Shown: piece after piece, positions 6,908 through 11,239 of the stretch | Numbering within the stretch: the first letter of the stretch is position 1 | Layout of the letters: every line of letters begins with the position of its first letter | From: Patescibacteria group bacterium | GTDB taxonomy: Bacteria > Patescibacteriota > Patescibacteriia > 2-01-FULL-39-33 | DNA: 32,000 bases | NCBI GenBank assembly: GCA_041649575.1 | Contig: JBAZMW010000002.1 | Location: forward strand, 180,001-212,000 | Direction of reading: 5' to 3' | The notes under the pieces: model-generated | The model's input: only the letters and a program-made list of their open reading frames with translations | What the model was told of the DNA's origin: nothing | Database searches by the model: none | Translations under genes and position numbers: made by a program

Positions 6908-7777
6908 TTATTTTTTCTTTACCACCAGCCACCCAAATTTAATGGTGGCATTATAAATCCTACTTAACCGGCGCGGTTCTTGGATTAGCCGATATAGCCA
7001 TTCTAACCCCAATCGCCTCAAAAATAAAGGCGCGCGTCTCACCTGTCCCGACAAAAAATCAAAAGTCCCGCCGACGCCAATCGCCACTTTAATTTTTGGC
7101 ACTTTGGCTAAGTTGTCTCTGATCCACTTCTCCTGCCTCACTTGCGGCAAGGCCACCAACAGAATATTGGCTTCGCTGGCATTAATTTTTTCCAGCACCT
7201 GATTGTTGTTTTCAAATTGCCAACATTTGTTTTCTATGGGATCCCCACGGCCGGCTTCGCCGGCCTCGGGATGACATTGTAGAAGCGGCCCGCCTTGGTC
7301 AAAGCCAGCCACTTTGCCAATATATTTTTCTGCCACTTGTTTTGCCGCTCCTTCTTTTCCGCCCAGTAAATAAATTTTATAAATGTCATTGCGAGGGAGC
7401 GCGAGCGACCGTCCGCCTAGGCTCGGCGAGACTGGTGGCAATCCCGTGGGATCACCGCGTTGCCCGGTCATTTGACCGGGCTCCTCGGGATGACAACTTA
7501 GAAGTGCCTCTATTAGATCCACGCCCGTCACTCTCTCTAATTTTTCTTGTTTTAAAAATTTAGCCGCCCAAACCAGCCCAGCGCCATCGCAGGTGGCCAA
7601 ATCAGCATTATTTAAAATATTTCTGAAAACTTCGTCTTTTTGCGCCGCCACCACAAATTCCGGATTAATCGTCACCACCTGCCTTTGGCCTTCCGCTGTC
7701 AGCCATTTTTTAATTAACTTCAAGGCTTCTGGCAAATTGACCTGATCGATTTTTATTCCCAGTATTTCTATTTTCAT
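6908..7777 (-). CDS. WecG/TagA/CpsF-family glycosyltransferase (GT26) carrying two in-frame GC-rich insertions
   Basis: Family-typical segments VVTINPEFVV, DLATCDGAGLVWA, IYLLGGKEG, ILLVALPQVRQEKW, AIGVGGTFDF and LEWLYRL. About 45-50 extra residues come from the repeats at 7238-7288 and 7384-7507. Confidence 0.8.
   Translation of the reverse strand: MKIEILGIKIDQVNLPEALKLIKKWLTAEGQRQVVTINPEFVVAAQKDEVFRNILNNADLATCDGAGLVWAAKFLKQEKLERVTGVDLIEALLSCHPEEPGQMTGQRGDPTGLPPVSPSLGGRSLALPRNDIYKIYLLGGKEGAAKQVAEKYIGKVAGFDQGGPLLQCHPEAGEAGRGDPIENKCWQFENNNQVLEKINASEANILLVALPQVRQEKWIRDNLAKVPKIKVAIGVGGTFDFLSGQVRRAPLFLRRLGLEWLYRLIQEPRRLSRIYNATIKFGWLVVKKK
7238..7288. repeat. GC-rich palindromic element, short copy, in frame inside the GT26 gene
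   Basis: GGGATCCCCACG + hairpin GGCCGGC-ttc-GCCGGCC + CTCGGGATGACAttgTAGAAG. It shares its ends with 7448-7507 and translates (minus strand) as LLQCHPEAGEAGRGDP. Confidence 0.7.
7384..7507. mobile_element. MITE-like GC-rich palindromic element, in frame inside the GT26 gene
   Basis: Imperfect terminal inverted repeats TGTCATTGCGAGG (7384-7396) and CCTCGGGATGACA (7483-7495). Internal hairpin CCCGGTCAtttGACCGGG. Translates (minus strand) as LLSCHPEEPGQMTGQRGDPTGLPPVSPSLGGRSLALPRNDI. Confidence 0.65.
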
Positions 7778-7780
7778 AAG

Positions 7781-8437
7781 CTACTTTTTTAGATAATTCA
7801 CGATGATTTTGGCCTGGCTCTGGTTTTCTTTGTCGTCCTTAAAAGACATCAGGCCAAAAATGTCGCCTTTCCAAAAGCCCAAATTAATTTCATAATCTGC
7901 CAGATTTTCCTTAAACTCAAAGCCGCTTTCCTTCAGCTTGTTTTTGTAGTAGCCGGCCACCTCTTCTTTCGGCTGGCTTATCTGTTTCCAGGACAAAGAG
8001 GTTGTTTCCATTTTTTTCAGTTCCGGCGAGCTTAGGGCTTTTTTTAATTCCTCCGGCGTAAAACCGCGCGACAAGTCTATTTTATCGGCAAAACTTTGGC
8101 TTAATTTAGCTTTCAAATCATTGGATAAATAAGCCAAAGTCGGCTTAAGCAGCCAGTTTGGTAAAAGGCCCATGATTTTCAAAAGTTTTTCCTTGCCTTC
8201 TGGCGTCTGCAGTTCAATCTCGGCTTTTTCCGGCAGATAAATGGCCAGTTCTTCCGGGAAATCACCCGGCAACTGGTTGACTTTTTCCACCACCGGAGAG
8301 ACCGCCAATCTGACAGCGGCAAAAAGAGTAATGAAGATAATTACCAACGCCAAAATTAAACAACCGAAAAATTTGATAAATTCTCGGCTTCTATTTTTTT
8401 CCGGATTGTTCAGGTTGAGTTCCTGCCAATTTTTCAT
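7781..8437 (-). CDS. Hypothetical membrane-anchored protein (single N-terminal TM)
   Basis: ATG at 8437 with ccAGGAaata upstream is preferred over the TTG at 8470 used by the track. TM FFGCLILALVIIFITLFAAV. No family recognised. Confidence 0.6.
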   Translation of the reverse strand: MKNWQELNLNNPEKNRSREFIKFFGCLILALVIIFITLFAAVRLAVSPVVEKVNQLPGDFPEELAIYLPEKAEIELQTPEGKEKLLKIMGLLPNWLLKPTLAYLSNDLKAKLSQSFADKIDLSRGFTPEELKKALSSPELKKMETTSLSWKQISQPKEEVAGYYKNKLKESGFEFKENLADYEINLGFWKGDIFGLMSFKDDKENQSQAKIIVNYLKK

Positions 8438-8483
8438 TATTTCCTGGCTAATTTTATTATATTCTAGCAAATACCAGCCTTTT

Positions 8484-8512
8484 TTGCAAAAGTAAATCAG
8501 TCTTGTTATAAT
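8484..8512 (+). promoter_or_regulatory. Sigma70-type promoter TTGCAA-N17-TATAAT (unit 1 of the island)
   Basis: TTGCAA at 8484-8489, a 17-nt spacer ending in TGT (extended -10), TATAAT at 8507-8512. Confidence 0.65.
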
Positions 8513-8518
8513 AAAAGT

Positions 8519-8725
8519 GGTTCATTTCCTCGAGACCCGAACTGGTCATTTGGGTCTCACCGCTCCGGTGGGGAAGCGAAACCAGCGCCTTCGCTTCCCC
8601 TCTGGCTTAACCAAAGCACCTTGGTAGCACTTCCCGGGTCTACTGAAAGCCGCATCCAGGCAAGCATTAGACCCGTTCCCGCTGTGGCGGCCGATGGCAT
8701 CAGTCATCAGCCGTCCTTTTTGTTT
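8519..8725 (+). ncRNA. Candidate structured ncRNA of about 205 nt, family not recognised
   Basis: Bounded by the promoter above and a hairpin plus T-run (GATGGC 8693-8698 / GCCGTC 8710-8715, then CTTTTTGTTT). Perfect stems: GAGACCC/GGGTCTC (8532-8538/8552-8558), GGGGAAGCGAA/TTCGCTTCCCC (8570-8580/8590-8600) and CGGGTCTA/TAGACCCG (8635-8642/8668-8675). No SD-preceded start codon. Confidence 0.5.
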
Positions 8726-8732
8726 ATCCACA
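8724..8732 (+). promoter_or_regulatory. Perfect TTATCCACA 9-mer (DnaA-box consensus), copy 1; part of a shared promoter-upstream motif
   Basis: Exact TTATCCACA, 31 nt upstream of the -10 hexamer of unit 2. The context TTATCCACAGtTAaaTATTTAT resembles the copy at 9120. Confidence 0.5.
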
Positions 8733-8760
8733 GTTAAATATTTATAACCAAAGAAATCTT

Positions 8761-8769
8761 TGCTATAAT
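8761..8769 (+). promoter_or_regulatory. Extended -10 promoter element TGcTATAAT (unit 2)
   Basis: TGCTATAAT at 8761-8769, with a weak -35-like TTTATA 17 nt upstream. Confidence 0.5.
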
Positions 8770-8775
8770 AAAATC

Positions 8776-9108
8776 ACATTGGACATGGGGCTTGTCAAAT
8801 GGCCCTGCAACCAGTCCGAACGGAGAACGAGCCATGAGAACAAAGACAACGAAGCGAGCAGCAGTGGGCGTGATGGTCGATGGCACCGGCGGAACAGCGT
8901 ACTTGGCGACGTCCTGACCTAACGAGAACGGTCGGACTGGGCGTCAAAGAAGTTCTCCGAGACGCTTGACTCAACCCAAGCGTCTCGCCGCACCTTAACT
9001 CTCCTCGGAGAGTTGTGACTATAGGTTTTCACGCTTTGACAAAGCGTGGACATCCCCCTAAGGTGAGCAGTCGGTTGCTGACAGGTAGCCGACTCTCTTT
9101 TTGTTTTT
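8776..9108 (+). ncRNA. Candidate transcript of about 330 nt: structured RNA and/or mRNA for a 27-aa peptide; family not recognised
   Basis: Strong terminator: 10-bp stem 9069-9078 / 9085-9094 (two G-U pairs), then CTCTTTTTGTTTTT. Long-range stem CCAGTCCGA (8811-8819) / TCGGACTGG (8932-8940). Hairpins GAGACGCTTG/CAAGCGTCTC (8959-8968/8977-8986), AACTCTC-ctcg-GAGAGTT (8997-9014) and CACGCTTT-gac-AAAGCGTG (9030-9048). Confidence 0.5.
8834..8917 (+). CDS. Possible 27-aa small ORF MRTKTTKRAAVGVMVDGTGGTAYLATS inside unit 2
   Basis: ATG 8834 with GGAG (8822-8825) 8 nt upstream; hand translated; enclosed by the 8811/8932 long-range stem. No other support. Confidence 0.3.
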   Translation: MRTKTTKRAAVGVMVDGTGGTAYLATS

Positions 9109-9119
9109 AAAAAATTTAG

Positions 9120-9128
9120 TTATCCACA
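9120..9128 (+). promoter_or_regulatory. Perfect TTATCCACA 9-mer, copy 2
   Basis: Exact TTATCCACA, 30 nt upstream of the -10 hexamer of unit 3, in the same orientation and relative position as copy 1. Confidence 0.5.
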
Positions 9129-9158
9129 GGTACTATTTATTTCTTTAAAAAATAGTTA

Positions 9159-9164
9159 TATAAT
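9159..9164 (+). promoter_or_regulatory. -10 hexamer TATAAT (unit 3, secreted-protein gene)
   Basis: TATAAT at 9159-9164 in an AT-rich stretch directly after the unit 2 terminator. The -35 is weak (TTTATT-like). Confidence 0.45.
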
Positions 9165-9253
9165 GAAAGTGCGGAAGGTATTTACGATAGCGTACAACCG
9201 AAGCAGGCCATCGGCCAAACGATCGGCCAAACGAAAGAAAGGTGGGACGGAAG

Positions 9254-9745
9254 ATGAGAAAGTTCGTGTTTTGTACGGTAGTACTGGCGTTCGCGTTTGT
9301 GATGATTCCGGCGACGAATACTCCGGCATACGCGACGCAACTCGATCAAGGCAAGGCAGTGGCGACGGCTCCGACGACGATGGGGACGACGCAGCAGGAC
9401 GTGCAGACGGCGATGAAGAGCAACCTGGTCCTCGACGGCACCGGGCAGAAAGTCGCTGAAGTGATGAAGGCGCCGACTCTTGACTCCGGACGAGTGATTG
9501 CGCAGACGGCGACGACGAAGACGGCACGCGAAGAGCAGACGAAGATCACGGCGAAGAGTGACACGGTTGTAACGGCGAAGATCGAAGCGCAAGGCATGGG
9601 CGAGCAGATGGCAGCGGCTGGCGAAGATGACGCTGGCACGATCATCGTGGCGACGAAGAGTGACACCTATGCGACGAGAATCGAGGGCCGTATCGCTCAC
9701 GACGCGGACGCGACCTTCAATGCGAACGTTCTGATCATCGGCTAA
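9254..9745 (+). CDS. Hypothetical secreted protein of about 163 aa, Thr/Ala/Lys/Gln-rich with an internal repeat; GC-rich cassette gene
   Basis: Signal peptide MRKFVFCTVVLAFAFVMIPATNTPAYA|TQ (basic n-region, hydrophobic core, AYA site). AGGTGGG lies 10 nt upstream of ATG 9254 (the track starts at GTG 9242). Repeat AKSDTVVTAKIE / TKSDTYATRIE. G/C-ending codons predominate. Confidence 0.7.
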   Translation: MRKFVFCTVVLAFAFVMIPATNTPAYATQLDQGKAVATAPTTMGTTQQDVQTAMKSNLVLDGTGQKVAEVMKAPTLDSGRVIAQTATTKTAREEQTKITAKSDTVVTAKIEAQGMGEQMAAAGEDDAGTIIVATKSDTYATRIEGRIAHDADATFNANVLIIG

Positions 9746-9830
9746 CCACGCGGGCAGCGCCGAAAGTCAGAACGAGTAGTACCTTGGATACACAACCGAT
9801 ACCGGCCAACAGTCGGATCGGCCACCTCCA

Positions 9831-9874
9831 GAGTTGGGTCAGCTGGCAACGGCGACCCTCTCTTTTTTTGTTTT
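9831..9874 (+). terminator. Intrinsic terminator of unit 3
   Basis: GGGTC (9836-9840) / GACCC (9854-9858), extended by GAG/CTC across a small internal loop, followed by TCTTTTTTTGTTTT. Confidence 0.6.
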
Positions 9875-9882
9875 GAAAAAAT

Positions 9883-9911
9883 TTGCCAAAATTTTATAAA
9901 TTTTTTATACT
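9883..9911 (+). promoter_or_regulatory. Sigma70-type promoter TTGCCA-N17-TATACT (unit 4)
   Basis: TTGCCA at 9883-9888, a 17-nt spacer, TATACT at 9906-9911. Confidence 0.6.
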
Positions 9912-9917
9912 ATAAGC

Positions 9918-10242
9918 AAGCGGTTCCTGCTGTGGGAACCGTGCACATTGGGTCAACGGGTCAACCGGAGGGTACAAGCAATATGAAAAAGGAAATGAGA
10001 GCGCAGGGTTTGGTCGTGGCGAAATGGAAGTAGGCTAGACCGTAGCAAGGCAACTTAGCGTTGTTGGGCGGAGGCCCCAACTAACAGTGGGCCTCCGCTG
10101 AATCTTTCCCTCGCTTGAGCGGGGTGCTGGTATATCCTTCTCTGAAGGGGTTCCCCCGTTGGGAAGTGTTGCCCATTCAACGCCTCCTGACCGCACAGGC
10201 TGCAATTTGTCGCAAGACGAAGGGCAGCCTGAATTATTTTTT
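9918..10242 (+). ncRNA. Structured RNA of about 325 nt directly upstream of amrS: stand-alone ncRNA or cis-regulatory leader ending in a terminator
   Basis: Stems CGGTTCC/GGAACCG (9921-9927/9935-9941) and GCGGAGGCCC/GGGCCTCCGC (10068-10077/10089-10098). Terminator CAGGCTGC/GCAGCCTG (10196-10203/10224-10231), then AATTATTTTTT. It ends 25 nt before the amrS ATG. Confidence 0.5.
9983..10033 (+). CDS. Possible 16-codon upstream ORF MKKEMRAQGLVVAKWK inside unit 4
   Basis: ATG 9983 with GGAGGG (9967-9972) 10 nt upstream; hand translated; no other support. Confidence 0.3.
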   Translation: MKKEMRAQGLVVAKWK

Positions 10243-10267
10243 GCTATACTTAATTTATACTGAATTT

Positions 10268-11143
10268 ATGAGAGCAGCCAAATTTTACAAAAAATCAGGG
10301 GCTAATGTTAAATGTCAGCTTTGTCGGCATTTTTGTCTGATTGCCCCAGCCAAGTTCGGCCTCTGCGGCATGAGGAAGAATATCGACGGCCGGCTTTATT
10401 CTCTTAATTACGGTAAAATCATTGCCAGCCAGATTGACCCGATCGAAAAAAAACCGCTCTATCATTTTTTGCCAGGCAGTTTTGCTTATTCTTTGGCTTG
10501 CCCCGGCTGTAATTTTAAATGCCTTAATTGCCAAAATTCCGATCTTTCCCAAATCACCCCGGCTTTACAAAAGGCCGTTGATTCTTTGCCGGAAACCAGG
10601 CCGGAAGAGATTGTCGAGGCGGCCTGGGAAAACAATTGCCCGTCAATCGCTTATACCTATACCGAGCCCACCATTTTTGCCGAGTTTGCTCTCGACTGCA
10701 TGGAGCTGGCCAGAGACAGTAATCTAAAAAATATCTGGGTTTCCAATGGCTATCTGTCGCCCGGTTGTCTGGAGGCCATCAGCCCCTATCTTGACGCCAT
10801 TAATATTGATTTGAAATTTTTTAGCGATAAAAATTATCAAAAAATTTGCGGCGCTCGCCTAAAACCAGTCTTGGATAATCTGGTTGCTTTTAAAACAGCC
10901 AAAATTCATTTGGAAATCACCACTTTAATCATTCCCTCACTTAATGATAGCGATGAAGAGTTAACCGCTCTGGCAGAGTTTATTTATCAAAAATTGGGCG
11001 ACGACACGCCCTGGCATCTGGGCGCCTTTCACCCCGCTTACAAATTAAAAAATTTACCGGCTACGCCGACAGAAACCATCAAGCGGGCCCAGGCAATCGG
11101 GAAAAATATCGGCCTGAAATATGTTTATCCGGGAAATGTTTGA
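10268..11143 (+). CDS. amrS: AmmeMemoRadiSam-system-type radical SAM enzyme (PflA-like activase fold)
   Basis: N-terminal Cys cluster VKCQLCRHFCLI..GLCGMR, DPIEKKPLYHFLPG, and the radical SAM CxxxCxxC motif in CPGCNFKCLNCQN. ATG 10268 is preferred: the track's TTG 10115 extension reads through RNA hairpins and a terminator. Confidence 0.85.
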   Translation: MRAAKFYKKSGANVKCQLCRHFCLIAPAKFGLCGMRKNIDGRLYSLNYGKIIASQIDPIEKKPLYHFLPGSFAYSLACPGCNFKCLNCQNSDLSQITPALQKAVDSLPETRPEEIVEAAWENNCPSIAYTYTEPTIFAEFALDCMELARDSNLKNIWVSNGYLSPGCLEAISPYLDAINIDLKFFSDKNYQKICGARLKPVLDNLVAFKTAKIHLEITTLIIPSLNDSDEELTALAEFIYQKLGDDTPWHLGAFHPAYKLKNLPATPTETIKRAQAIGKNIGLKYVYPGNV

Positions 11144-11239
11144 CTCTAATTTAAACCGGATTGTTTTTTTGGCTGTCTTAACGCCTGAATTTTTGTTATA
11201 ATGATTTATGGTGCATGAAAGATTAGTAAACAAAATTAA

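Noticed and set aside
7238-7507. The GT26 insertions as an intein, a frameshifted pseudogene or an assembly artefact
   Set aside because: There are no intein splicing motifs (no Cys/Ser-start or His-Asn-end blocks), the segments are far too short, and the reading frame is uninterrupted. Inverted-repeat termini and a second related copy fit a small palindromic repeat element better. Loss of function cannot be excluded.
8438-8470. TTG start at 8470 for the 229-aa hypothetical protein
   Set aside because: The ATG at 8437 has an AGGA 4 nt upstream, and the extension would overlap the divergent unit 1 promoter region. The shorter model was adopted with moderate confidence.
8776-9108. Unit 2 (and unit 1) as RNase P RNA, tmRNA, SRP RNA or 6S RNA
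   Set aside because: There is no GAGGAAAGTCCGGGC-like CR-I or ACAGAA-type CR-V, and no tRNA-like T arm (GGTTCGA). There is also no alanine-rich tag ORF and no SRP domain IV GGAA/AGCA loop pattern. 6S cannot be excluded by eye, so it is left open in the findings.
8724-9128. Replication origin (oriC), suggested by two perfect DnaA boxes next to AT-rich stretches
   Set aside because: There are only two boxes, with no cluster of relaxed boxes found by eye, no dnaA/dnaN or other origin-linked genes in the window, and each box sits at a fixed distance from a promoter. The region is kept as a regulatory-motif finding instead. GC skew on the full contig would settle this.
9156-9700. Long overlapping ORFs 9156-9527(-), 9182-9700(-), 9346-9666(-) and 9163-9459(+) in the secreted-protein region
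   Set aside because: They are explained by T-poor, GC-rich composition that removes stop codons in nearly every frame. None has a start codon with an SD, promoter orientation or recognisable protein features. The 9254-9745 plus frame has an SD-like site, a signal peptide and matching promoter and terminator.
10115-10267. TTG-initiated N-terminal extension of the radical SAM ORF as given in the track
   Set aside because: The extension reads through RNA hairpins and the 10196-10242 terminator. The family-typical N-terminus begins at MRAAKFYKK (ATG 10268).
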